IMG/VR virus record: IMGVR_UViG_3300017786_003484
Coordinates: 62,001-126,000 of that record
DNA length: 64,000 nt
Direction: 5' to 3' (one strand)
Below are positions 8,927-18,651 of the stretch, one piece after another. Made by a program: the position numbers and the translations under genes. Position 1 is the stretch's first letter. The number at the start of each line of letters is the position of its first letter. The notes under the pieces were generated by a model, which saw only the letters and a list, made by a program, of their open reading frames with translations, was not told the origin of the DNA and made no database searches.

Positions 8927-10123
8927 ATGCCTTTTAATTCATATGCTTTTAAGCAAATAGGAAATCTTGGTAACTCAGGAGACTTTGTTGCTGACAGATC
9001 TCCTTACCTTAAGTATCAATTTATTGCTGAGTTTTCTTTAGATGATGCTAATAGAGATGCACCTCCAGGCGAAGATACGTTTCAAGGTAATGATAGCTCC
9101 AGAGAAGATACATCACAACAATTTACTTTAAAAACATTTGAACTACCACGTTGGACAATAGATAGCCAGGTTATTAATCAGTACAATCATAAATCAGTTA
9201 TCCAAACTAAAATGAATTTTGAACCTATTACCATATCATTTTATGATCAACAAAATGATGCAGTAGAAACATTTATCAGTGATGTTGTAAAAGGACAGTT
9301 TGATGCAACTGACGGTTCTAAAAATTTATCTAATAGGCCAATGACAATAAAAGTTCATATGCAACAAACATCAGATGGAGCTCTAAGAAACGACTTAGAC
9401 GAAACTGAATTTACAGGAAAAACATATGAATTATATAATGCTTATATTGTTGATGCACAACACGATACATTAGACTATTCGGCAAGTGATGCGGTATTGT
9501 GGACACTTTCCATTAGATACGAATTTATGTCCTGGCACGAAGATGCAGGAAAGAACTTTAGTAACGTTGATATAGACAAAGACGGAAATTATATTAGACA
9601 ATTTCCAGCAAATAAAGCACCTGAAGCTATTCCAGATACAAAGAAAAAAGCAGATCCTCCTCCAAAGACAGTAGTAAAGTCAGTGGTAAAAGAAAGAGAA
9701 GTAGTGTTTAACAAGAAGTCACTAACTGGTAGCGAATCTCAAGAAATAATAGATGCTAGGAAAGATAAAATTAAGACCAGTCAAGCAGTTAATCAAAGAG
9801 ACTTAAAACCTAATGCTCCTGTTGAAGAAGTATTTCTAAAACGTCTTGATAACTCAAATGGAAAACAAATTCTTCAAGCAGTTAATAGAAAAACTAGAAG
9901 ATCTCTTTCACCATCGGAAGCCGCCGATGTTGCTAGAATTGTAAGACAGCAAGATGATAAATTAGGAGCAGGAGTACTTGAAGCTCAAAGAAATAAACTA
10001 AGCCCTGATGCTAGAAAAGCATTACAGCAAATTAACTCGTCACAAAATACTAAGGTAAGAGAAGATATCCAACGTAAGGATAACATACTTAGAACACAAC
10101 GAGATGCATCTAGGAGAGGTTAA
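8927..10123 (+). CDS. Tail tube-like baseplate/tube initiator (gp54/gp48-like N-domain) with charged C-terminal extension
   Basis: KTFELPRWTIDSQVINQYNHK..QTKMNFEPITISFYD and LDYSASDAVLWTLSIRYE resemble the tube fold. Confidence 0.6.
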   Translation: MPFNSYAFKQIGNLGNSGDFVADRSPYLKYQFIAEFSLDDANRDAPPGEDTFQGNDSSREDTSQQFTLKTFELPRWTIDSQVINQYNHKSVIQTKMNFEPITISFYDQQNDAVETFISDVVKGQFDATDGSKNLSNRPMTIKVHMQQTSDGALRNDLDETEFTGKTYELYNAYIVDAQHDTLDYSASDAVLWTLSIRYEFMSWHEDAGKNFSNVDIDKDGNYIRQFPANKAPEAIPDTKKKADPPPKTVVKSVVKEREVVFNKKSLTGSESQEIIDARKDKIKTSQAVNQRDLKPNAPVEEVFLKRLDNSNGKQILQAVNRKTRRSLSPSEAADVARIVRQQDDKLGAGVLEAQRNKLSPDARKALQQINSSQNTKVREDIQRKDNILRTQRDASRRG

Positions 10124-10506
10124 TGAGTGATATTATACCACAAGTAAAATTTGATCAAGCAGTACAGAAAGTCTTAAACTTGGGCTTAGGAAGAACACCA
10201 GCAGAAAATGTTGTTCAGAATCTATGGAAAGCAAGTATTGACTTAGGACTTGAGTTTAATAACTTAATTACTCAAGCAACTAAGACTGGAAAGTTAGTGG
10301 TTACTCAAGATGTTTTAAATAATATTAATACCAATAATAATCCAGACGGTATCTCGTATAATGTAAAACAGCCTCTTAACATTCCACCGGTTGTATTAAG
10401 AGAGTTTCGTGTTAATAATTATGATTATGCTTATACAACACAACTTGGAGAATTAATTACTACACAAGATCCAAACGAGGCGTTATTAACTGAAGCCGGT
10501 ACATAA
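10123..10506 (+). CDS. Hypothetical protein (late operon)
   Basis: 127 aa, translationally coupled. Confidence 0.65.
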   Translation: MSDIIPQVKFDQAVQKVLNLGLGRTPAENVVQNLWKASIDLGLEFNNLITQATKTGKLVVTQDVLNNINTNNNPDGISYNVKQPLNIPPVVLREFRVNNYDYAYTTQLGELITTQDPNEALLTEAGT

Positions 10507-10508
10507 AA

Positions 10509-10961
10509 ATGGCCAACAATTTTAAAAAAGGAACCTATTCGGTTCTCAACCCAAACAAGTACACAGGTAAAGGAGCTCCAACATATAGAAGTGGTTGGGA
10601 GTTAACCTTTATGAGATTCTGTGATAATAATCCTAATATTATATCTTGGGCAAGTGAAGCAGTTAGAATACCTTACAGAAATCCATTTACTGGAAAACAA
10701 ACAACTTATGTCCCAGACTTTTTAATAACTTATATGGGAAAAAATAATCAACGTAGAGCAGAACTAATCGAAGTTAAACCTAGAGCTCAAGTTACTTTAG
10801 AAGTAGCTCGTAGCCAGAAAGAAAAAGCGTCAGTAATACTTAATATGGCAAAGTGGGAAGCCGCTAGAGCCTGGTGCAAAGGAATGGGTTGTCAATTCCG
10901 TATTATAACAGAGGAAGATCTTTTTAATAAGGCTAGTCCTAACAGAACACGTCGTAAATAA
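10509..10961 (+). CDS. gp4: Head completion nuclease, T4 gp4-like (TnsA-N fold)
   Basis: YRSGWELTFMRFCDNNPNIISWASE..IPYRNP, YVPDF, LIEVKP, NMAKWEAARAWC...FRIITEEDL. Confidence 0.9.
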   Translation: MANNFKKGTYSVLNPNKYTGKGAPTYRSGWELTFMRFCDNNPNIISWASEAVRIPYRNPFTGKQTTYVPDFLITYMGKNNQRRAELIEVKPRAQVTLEVARSQKEKASVILNMAKWEAARAWCKGMGCQFRIITEEDLFNKASPNRTRRK

Positions 10962-11017
10962 CCTAATTTTTGGTTCAAAGTGAACACCCGTATGGTATTA
11001 AGATCATAAGTATATAC

Positions 11018-11539
11018 ATGACTAAGAAATTAGAAGAGGTATTTGGATTTTCTCCCGAAAGTGATGATGAAAACGATAGTACCGACCTAAACAACACAAT
11101 TGACGCAGAAGTCAATATCGAGCCAGTAGTAGTGGATGAAATAAGATCTGCTCAGGCAGTAATAGATATGGCGAGTCGTATAGATACGGCTTTACCAACT
11201 GTTACAGATATGGCTAGTGCTGAAAGAGAATTAGATAACCTTGCACAAAAGGCAGAAGGTCAAAGCGATAGATTAATGGATTTAGGCTTTAATGTTGATG
11301 ACAGAAATGCCGGTAAAGTATTTGAAGTAGGAGCCACATTACTTAAAGTAGCAGTAGACGCCAAAGTATCTAAGTTAGAAAAGAAACTTAAAATGGTAGA
11401 ATTACAGCTAAGAAAAGCAAAACTTAACCAGTCAGACGATAAGGATGATACAAATGTCATAGACGCAGATTCAACTACCTTGGCTAGTAGGAATGACTTA
11501 GTGCAAGCAATACTAAATCGTGTGGGTCAGAATAAATAA
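11018..11539 (+). CDS. Probable terminase small subunit (gp16-like)
   Basis: LMDLG...GKVFEVGATLLK and TTLASRNDLVQAIL resemble T4-like gp16 PRAYEVAGQLIK and FVGSTAELQK; start moved to ATG 11018. Confidence 0.55.
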   Translation: MTKKLEEVFGFSPESDDENDSTDLNNTIDAEVNIEPVVVDEIRSAQAVIDMASRIDTALPTVTDMASAERELDNLAQKAEGQSDRLMDLGFNVDDRNAGKVFEVGATLLKVAVDAKVSKLEKKLKMVELQLRKAKLNQSDDKDDTNVIDADSTTLASRNDLVQAILNRVGQNK

Positions 11540-11559
11540 GAGTATGAGGAGATATAATT

Positions 11560-12156
11560 ATGCCCACTTTATTAGAATATATTAACCAATTACAACGGGA
11601 ACACAAATACCGTGTAAAAATGGTTTTTTCGCCTAGCGAAAAACAGCTCGAGACTTTAGAAAGACATATGAAAAAATATGATGCTCTTGAAGTTGGAAGA
11701 CCTGAAAAACTTATGCTACAAGCAATCCCTGCAGACTTTCCTAACTATGGAGGTCACGAGGTTGTGGTAATGGACGTTACTACAAGATTGCCAATTCAGC
11801 CTGTTATGTTAGAGACAGAACTTAGAGAACTTTGTAGAGTACCAGAAGGAACTTTAAAAGTATTTGGTGCTGACGAGCCATTGGAAAAGCAAACTCAAAA
11901 ATCAATGGAAGAAACAGATGAAGAATACGAAGCAATTACAGGAACAGAATACCAAGACAAAGAAGCAAATGAAGTTTCTGCTAAAGATGTAGCAGGCGAC
12001 GAATATGTTTCTAAACTTGTAGACTCTGCATCAGAAGATGACAGCAGAAAAGTAGTATTATCTAAAGAATCAGATGCTACTACATCTGGACCAATCCTAA
12101 ACGACAAGACAGTTTCTGATAGTCCACTAACAAAAGCAAACAAAGGAGCAAACTAA
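11560..12156 (+). CDS. Hypothetical late protein
   Basis: 198 aa, SD GAGGAG, TAAATA at 11533-11538. Confidence 0.75.
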   Translation: MPTLLEYINQLQREHKYRVKMVFSPSEKQLETLERHMKKYDALEVGRPEKLMLQAIPADFPNYGGHEVVVMDVTTRLPIQPVMLETELRELCRVPEGTLKVFGADEPLEKQTQKSMEETDEEYEAITGTEYQDKEANEVSAKDVAGDEYVSKLVDSASEDDSRKVVLSKESDATTSGPILNDKTVSDSPLTKANKGAN

Positions 12157-12157
12157 A

Positions 12158-14185
12158 ATGGCAAATAATAATGATGACATTAAAAATGTATTATTAGCAC
12201 TTAATCAATTTACTCCTGCTGATGCAGTATTAACTGTCGATAGTGAAACTAAGAATACTGATATTGTGCAGGAAGGAATTAGAGTTACCAAAGAAGGTAT
12301 TGAAGAAGCATGGGACACGTTAGAGTCTCCTAAGGCTAAAGAAGCTACTGCTGAAGCAGATACAGAGGTTACAGAGCATAACAGCGGTGAAGATGTTACT
12401 TTAACAGTTAACACTCCAACTGAAATCAAAGTACCAGCAGAGCAAGCAGATATGATTGCTAATATGCTTAAATTAGCAGGAGTTGAAGTTGGCGACAAAC
12501 CAGCTATGGACCAACCAGATATGGATATGGACAGCGGTGACGGAGAAGACTTACCTATGGTAATTCCAACTGATGACGAAGAAGCACCATTAATGGGTGC
12601 CTGTGCATCAGAAGGAAATGAATTCTCAGGTAAACGCCAAGATGCTATTGATGCTGGAGAAGACGAGTTTGAAGTTGACGGTAAAACTCATAAAGTTAAA
12701 GGCGACAAAAGCAAAACTGAATCAGAAGAAGTTCAAGAAGCCAAAGATAAGATGGTTTGTAAGCATTGTGGAGATGAAATTTATAAACCTAAATCAGATT
12801 GTGAATGTGATTGCAATGATCCAAAAGGTGATAATTGGGTCAAAGAAACATATGAAATGGCTGAAGTTGAAGAATCAATTGAAAAGGCATGGAACGAAAA
12901 TGTTACATCTGAAGCAGTTGGACAGTATGCAGATCCACTATACGATTTAATTGAAGAATTAGGAAGTCATCAGGTAGTAATGGATGAACTTATTCGTTAT
13001 TTAGATGCTGATCAAATTAAAGAGTTTGTTTCAGACTTCCGCAGACATCATGAAATGCCAGCAGATGGTCCTATTGATGATGACGATCCAAGGTACATGG
13101 ATGATGAAAATCTTCCAAAAGAAGGAGTTGAAATGAAAAAAGAATCAGACACAGCTTGGTCTACAGGAAATGCAATAATGTATAAAGGCAAAGAAATTGA
13201 TTTGCGTAAACTAGATTATGACATGCAAGACATAAGCGATGGCATATGGGAAATCAATGCTCCTGCGTATTACACAGACGGTACAGAAGTAGCAGATGGT
13301 GATTATGATGGTTTATATGATCTGCCAGAATTAAATGATTGGATATATCAAGATTATACGTCCGAGTCTATAGAAGGAGAACAACCAATGCAAGAAGCTT
13401 TTGACAAAGTAGATAGAATTACAGATATGGAAGAACTCAATCTTTACGATCCTGCAGAAATAGAAGCCGCTAAGTCAATGAGTGCAGAACAACTTAAAGA
13501 CGAGCTAATGGGCGACATCTATCATGTAATGGATAAAGCATCAGATGATTTTACTGACAATGATTATATTGTGGATGAAATGGGTGATAACTTTGCCTCT
13601 ATGCATTTAAACGCAGATGATGCAACATTGTCTTGTTATGCCGCAATGAGAGATTTAGTTGATGAAGATCCAGCAGACGTTTTACAAACAGGTCAAATGT
13701 GCCTTAAAATATTAGGTGCTCAACCATATGAAGCTAATGAGTCTAAAGATAATTTAGATCCTCAAGTAAATCGTATTGCTGAGTTATCAGGTATAACAAA
13801 CCCAGTAGCACAAGCAAACCCAGTAGCAGAAGCAGTTTCAACAACAGACCTTATTACAAAGTACCAAGGTGCAGAGGTTGATATTAACGATATGAATAGA
13901 TTGTTAAAACTATCTGGAATGGGCGAACTAGACGAGTCTAAACTAGCAAATGCACCAGCAGGAACTAGTATGGATGAGCCAACTGAATTTGACAAATTGC
14001 CAAGTGAAGTAGGTAAAGGTGCTGGTAACTCAGATTACATTAACCGTGCAGATGGCCAAGGAGAAAATCCAATGGGTATGCATAGTAGTGATGTTGAAGA
14101 GTCGTTTAATACAGCTTTAGGTGAATACCGCAAGTTTGTAGCAGAAGGCATTATGGGAAAAAAGACTAAAAAAGCTAAGAAGTAG
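12158..14185 (+). CDS. Large acidic, modular probable head core/scaffold-associated protein
   Basis: 675 aa, very D/E-rich, multiple [ILV]xE-[SA] sites, a Cys module CKHC..CECDC. Confidence 0.55.
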   Translation: MANNNDDIKNVLLALNQFTPADAVLTVDSETKNTDIVQEGIRVTKEGIEEAWDTLESPKAKEATAEADTEVTEHNSGEDVTLTVNTPTEIKVPAEQADMIANMLKLAGVEVGDKPAMDQPDMDMDSGDGEDLPMVIPTDDEEAPLMGACASEGNEFSGKRQDAIDAGEDEFEVDGKTHKVKGDKSKTESEEVQEAKDKMVCKHCGDEIYKPKSDCECDCNDPKGDNWVKETYEMAEVEESIEKAWNENVTSEAVGQYADPLYDLIEELGSHQVVMDELIRYLDADQIKEFVSDFRRHHEMPADGPIDDDDPRYMDDENLPKEGVEMKKESDTAWSTGNAIMYKGKEIDLRKLDYDMQDISDGIWEINAPAYYTDGTEVADGDYDGLYDLPELNDWIYQDYTSESIEGEQPMQEAFDKVDRITDMEELNLYDPAEIEAAKSMSAEQLKDELMGDIYHVMDKASDDFTDNDYIVDEMGDNFASMHLNADDATLSCYAAMRDLVDEDPADVLQTGQMCLKILGAQPYEANESKDNLDPQVNRIAELSGITNPVAQANPVAEAVSTTDLITKYQGAEVDINDMNRLLKLSGMGELDESKLANAPAGTSMDEPTEFDKLPSEVGKGAGNSDYINRADGQGENPMGMHSSDVEESFNTALGEYRKFVAEGIMGKKTKKAKK

Positions 14186-14194
14186 GAGTAGCTA

Positions 14195-15754
14195 ATGGCA
14201 AACAGACCTAATTTTAGTTTTGTTAAATCGCCTTATCAATTAGAGAGATTCACGGACGAACAAATCCGTGAACTCTCCCTTTGTGCAAACGATCCAATTT
14301 ATTTTATCGATACTCATTGTTGGGTACAACATGCAGTTCGAGGTAAAATACCTTTCAAACTTTATCGTTATCAACGTGATTTATTAAAATGCTATCATGA
14401 AAACAGATATAGTATTAATATGCTTGGAAGACAGATGGGCAAAACTGCCTGTGCGGCCGCATACCTAGTATGGAGAGCATTATTTGTTGCTGATAGTACA
14501 ATACTTATTGCGGCACATAAATTTGCTGGTGCTCAAGAAATTATGCAAAGGGTTCGTTATACATATGAAACACTTCCAGAATTTCTAAAAGCAGGCGCAA
14601 CTAGTTATAATAAAGGTAGTATAGATTTTGACAACGGAAGTCGTATCATGTCAGCAACAACCACAGACAATACCGGACGTGGTATGTCTATATCTTTATT
14701 ATATGCTGATGAGTTTGCCTTTGTTAAGCCTAGAATTGCAACTGAATTTTGGACATCAATTTCACCTACACTAGCAACAGGTGGTAAATGTATTATTACA
14801 AGTACTCCAAACCAAGATGACGACCAATTTGCTCGTATATGGAAAGAAGCGGAAAAGAAGATTGATGACTTTGGAAATCCTAATACTGACCCTACACTAG
14901 GACAAAACGGATTTGCAAATATACAATTTAAATGGGACAGACATCCAGAAAGAGATAAAGATTGGGCAATGGAAGAACGTTCTAAAATTGGAGAAGAAAG
15001 ATTTAGAAGAGAACACGAATGTGAATTTATTATTGCAGATGAAACATTAATTAATCCTTTAAAATTAGTAAACATGAAAAGCCAAGATGCAAAATTTAAT
15101 TTAGGACAAGTCCGTGTTTACGAACAGCCTAATGCTACAGCATTTGTAATAGGATGGGATCCTTCATTAGGAACAGGCGGAGATATGGCCGCAATCGAAA
15201 TATATCGTTTACCAGATGTTGTACAAGTAGCAGAATGGCAACATAATAAAACAGATATACAAGGCCAGTTAAGACAACTTGTTAGTATGTTACGTTGGCT
15301 AGAAACCGAATGCCCTGACGCAGAACTATATTGGTCAGTAGAGAATAATAGTATTGGTGAAGCATCGTTAGTTTCAATTAAAGAATTTGGAGAAGAAAAC
15401 ATTCCTGGTAACTTTGTACAAGAAGTAAGAAAGCCCGGACAAACAAAAGGAAGAAGAGGATTTAATACAACGCATAAAAGTAAAATTACTTCTTGTATGC
15501 GTTTGAAGAGCTATATTGAAGGCGACAAAATGACAGTAAGAAGTCATAACTTGTTAAGAGAAATGAAAAATTTTATTGCTAAAGGTTCTAGTTTTTCTGC
15601 TAAAGAAGGGGAAACTGATGATTTAGTAATGTCTACAATATTAGCATTAAGAATTATTGAGGTAGTAATGGCATGGGATATGCCAACATATGAATATCTC
15701 ATAAATAGTGATACAGAAGAAGCAATTAAGCCTATGCCTATTGGCTTCTTATAA
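14195..15754 (+). CDS. gp17: Terminase large subunit
   Basis: GKIPFKLYRYQ, MLGRQMGKT (Walker A), LYADEFAFV (Walker B), ITSTPN, FRREHECEF, GWDPSLGTGGD, GETDDLVMS. Confidence 0.97.
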   Translation: MANRPNFSFVKSPYQLERFTDEQIRELSLCANDPIYFIDTHCWVQHAVRGKIPFKLYRYQRDLLKCYHENRYSINMLGRQMGKTACAAAYLVWRALFVADSTILIAAHKFAGAQEIMQRVRYTYETLPEFLKAGATSYNKGSIDFDNGSRIMSATTTDNTGRGMSISLLYADEFAFVKPRIATEFWTSISPTLATGGKCIITSTPNQDDDQFARIWKEAEKKIDDFGNPNTDPTLGQNGFANIQFKWDRHPERDKDWAMEERSKIGEERFRREHECEFIIADETLINPLKLVNMKSQDAKFNLGQVRVYEQPNATAFVIGWDPSLGTGGDMAAIEIYRLPDVVQVAEWQHNKTDIQGQLRQLVSMLRWLETECPDAELYWSVENNSIGEASLVSIKEFGEENIPGNFVQEVRKPGQTKGRRGFNTTHKSKITSCMRLKSYIEGDKMTVRSHNLLREMKNFIAKGSSFSAKEGETDDLVMSTILALRIIEVVMAWDMPTYEYLINSDTEEAIKPMPIGFL

Positions 15755-15767
15755 GGTAAATAACAGT

Positions 15768-16679
15768 ATGGCAAATAAAGAAAATATATCATCTGACTTA
15801 GTTGGAACTTTAACAGGGCTTAGTCATAGTGTAGCACTTCGAGATGACGAAGGTAGAGCAACTGTTAATGCAGATGCTTCTATATACCTATACATTAAAG
15901 ATAAAGGTATTCTTGTATTAGTTAAGAATGATGTCAAAGAAGTTGAAATTTGGTACGATCCTGCTTCAGCAGATATGGAATTTGTTAAAAACGAAATTAA
16001 ACCACGGGTAACTACTACAGCTAGAAGATATCTTTATAGCACAACAACTAGAAGTTATGACGGAGAAATTAGACCTAAAGATTTTGTACACAGAACACAA
16101 ACAAATGAAAGTAGGAATACAAGTAAATCCAGTTATCATCCGTTGGGCGAAACAAGAATTATTATTCGACACAATAAAAAAGTAGACGAAGAAAAACGCG
16201 GAGCTCGTAGCCGTAATATACAGGATGTTTTTATTGAACATAAAGGCGAAAGATTTAGATATCCGCACAAACATTTACTTGGTGCTAGAGTCATGGCATT
16301 ACACGTTGATCAAGGTGGAAAGCCTTGGGATCAACTAGGCGAAAAAATTAACGAAATTAGCAGACGTAGAAAAGACATTATGGAATTATTGCGTTGGAGC
16401 AAGAAAATTGAACCGTCATCGCAACTTGAAGAAATTAAAAGTCGTGCAAAAAGTGAAGTATTATTGCTTCGTAGAATAATGGATAGTGCCGCTAGAACTG
16501 GTAAATTAGATCGTATTATTGAACATAAACTAGTAATTAGACAGCCAGTATCAGAATCAAATTTAAATATTATACGAAATACAAATGTTAAACTTAAATT
16601 AATCCCCGGGTTAGAAATTATTAGGCCAGAGGGGTTAGTTACTGAAGAACTTAATATACTAACTAATAAATTATTATGA
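15768..16679 (+). CDS. Hypothetical late protein
   Basis: Likely start ATG 15768 just after TAAATA 15757-15762; ARSRNIQDVFIE..GERFRYPHKHLLGARVMALHV. Confidence 0.7.
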   Translation: MANKENISSDLVGTLTGLSHSVALRDDEGRATVNADASIYLYIKDKGILVLVKNDVKEVEIWYDPASADMEFVKNEIKPRVTTTARRYLYSTTTRSYDGEIRPKDFVHRTQTNESRNTSKSSYHPLGETRIIIRHNKKVDEEKRGARSRNIQDVFIEHKGERFRYPHKHLLGARVMALHVDQGGKPWDQLGEKINEISRRRKDIMELLRWSKKIEPSSQLEEIKSRAKSEVLLLRRIMDSAARTGKLDRIIEHKLVIRQPVSESNLNIIRNTNVKLKLIPGLEIIRPEGLVTEELNILTNKLL

Positions 16680-17410
16680 TCAATTGGCAGAATGCCTATA
16701 ATACACCTGGATGGATGCTTTGGAGAGATTTAATACTTTTAGGCATCATTGCTAAACATACATCAGAAAATTCAAATTTTATAGAAATTGGTAGTTTTGT
16801 CGGACGTAGCACTATGGCTATTAAAGACAATTTACCAAAAAGCACTTGTTTAACAAGTATCGATCCATTATCAACGCAGATTTGGTCTGCGTATAAAATG
16901 GGTCCAGGTTGTTTAGGAGATCAAAAGAATAAAGAAGATTCTAAGATATACAACAACTGGAAAGAAATGGTAAAAATAGCACAAGAGCATGACAGCTGGA
17001 TTCCTAGTTTTAAGTATTGTACAAATTTTGTTGAAAGTGATAAATGGAAGCTAATAACAAAAAGAAGTGACGAATACGAAATCCCACATGATATGAATAT
17101 TGATGCAGTTTTTATAGATGGTGACCATTCCACCGAACAAGTTGAACGTGATATCTGTAAGTTTATAGATGCAGATCCAAATGATGAGATGTTAATGCTA
17201 GGGCATGACTTAAACCTAGATCACCATGACGACATATATCCAGCATTAGTTAGAACACAACGACACCCACATTATAGACATAGAAGGCGCATATTAGTAC
17301 AGATGCAATTATCTGAAATATGGTTTCTTTGGCCTACAAAAGGCAAGTGGGCAACCCTTTTACCACAAATTATAAACGAAGTCAACCACGAAAGTGAATA
17401 TTTCTCCTAA
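16676..17410 (+). CDS. Class I SAM-dependent methyltransferase (Methyltransf_24-like)
   Basis: FIEIGSFVGRST motif I, AVFIDGDHS, MLGHD. Confidence 0.8.
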   Translation: MINWQNAYNTPGWMLWRDLILLGIIAKHTSENSNFIEIGSFVGRSTMAIKDNLPKSTCLTSIDPLSTQIWSAYKMGPGCLGDQKNKEDSKIYNNWKEMVKIAQEHDSWIPSFKYCTNFVESDKWKLITKRSDEYEIPHDMNIDAVFIDGDHSTEQVERDICKFIDADPNDEMLMLGHDLNLDHHDDIYPALVRTQRHPHYRHRRRILVQMQLSEIWFLWPTKGKWATLLPQIINEVNHESEYFS

Positions 17411-17438
17411 ATACCGTCTAAAACGGATAAATGGACAC

Positions 17439-17467
17439 TTGACTTTAACTAAGAAGATAAGTATAAT
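17439..17467 (+). promoter_or_regulatory. Sigma70 promoter of ssb-uvsX operon
   Basis: TTGACT-17 nt-TATAAT. Confidence 0.7.
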
Positions 17468-17549
17468 TACAATGTAGGCCGGGAAGGTTTACGTTGTTTG
17501 GCTCATAAGATATGAACAAATTAAGGCTCATAATAAGGAGAAAATAATT

Positions 17550-18572
17550 ATGGCAACTTTAGCAGAAATACGAGCTCGTCTAACCGAGCAAGCCGCAAAA
17601 TCGGGCGGTTCAACTCAATCCGGTGATAACGGGCTTTTCGCCCATTGGAACATTCCAGAAGGAACATCCGCAGTAATTCGCTTTCTACCAGACGGCGACG
17701 AATCCAATACATTCTTTTGGAGAGAACGTTTAATGATGCGTTTTGAATTTCCAGGCATTAAAGGCCAGGATGAAAATCGCAAATGCATTGTTCAAGTACC
17801 TTGTGTAGATATGTGGGGAGAGTCATGTCCAATTCATGCTCAATTACGTCCTTGGTTTAATGATCCAAGCATGGAGCAATTGGCTAGGAAATATTGGAAG
17901 AAACGTAGTTACGTTTTTCAAGGACTTATCGTATCTAGTCCAATGGATGAAGAAAATGTTCCAGATAATCCAGTTCGTAGAATGATTATTAGCCCTCAGA
18001 TTTTTACAATCATTAAGAGTGCATTAATGGACGTTGAGATGGAAGAGATCCCAACTGATTACGAACGTGGTACAGACTTCCGTATCAATAAAACCCAAAA
18101 AGGTGGTTATGCTGATTATAGTACCTCATCTTGGGCTCGAAAGGAACGTAGTTTAAACGAGGAAGAACTAGAAGCAGTTTCTAAGCATGGACTGTTTAAC
18201 TTAGATCAGTTTATGCCTAAACGTCCTGGTAAGGAAGAAGTTGATATTCAACTAGAAATGTTTGAAGCGTCAGTAGACGGCAAATTGTATGATCCAGAAC
18301 GTTGGGGCAATTACTATCGCCCTAATGGAGCAACCTTTGCTACTTCTACTTCAGCAACTAATCCAGCTCCGGCTACTCCGGTAGCAACACCTGCACCAGT
18401 AGCAGAAACGGCACCAGCACCCGTTGCAACACCTGAAGAAATGGGAGCAACCCCTTCTCCGGTAGCAGAAGCGGCTCCAGCGGCAGAACCAGCCGAAGCA
18501 TCTGGTGAGAAGAAACCTAGTGTTGACGATATCTTAAGCATGATTCGTAACAGGGAAACTACAGGTCAGTAA
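17550..18572 (+). CDS. gp32: Single-stranded DNA-binding protein, gp32-like
   Basis: MATLAEIRARL, AVIRFLPDGDE, CPIH, KYWKKRSYVFQG, DYERGTDFRINKTQKGGYADYSTS, acidic Pro/Ala tail. Confidence 0.9.
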   Translation: MATLAEIRARLTEQAAKSGGSTQSGDNGLFAHWNIPEGTSAVIRFLPDGDESNTFFWRERLMMRFEFPGIKGQDENRKCIVQVPCVDMWGESCPIHAQLRPWFNDPSMEQLARKYWKKRSYVFQGLIVSSPMDEENVPDNPVRRMIISPQIFTIIKSALMDVEMEEIPTDYERGTDFRINKTQKGGYADYSTSSWARKERSLNEEELEAVSKHGLFNLDQFMPKRPGKEEVDIQLEMFEASVDGKLYDPERWGNYYRPNGATFATSTSATNPAPATPVATPAPVAETAPAPVATPEEMGATPSPVAEAAPAAEPAEASGEKKPSVDDILSMIRNRETTGQ

Positions 18573-18651
18573 AGTAATATAGGAAGTTCCGGCAAAAACC
18601 TCCGTTACGGTAACCAGCGAGGTCTTCCTAATTACATATATAGGAGAAGAT

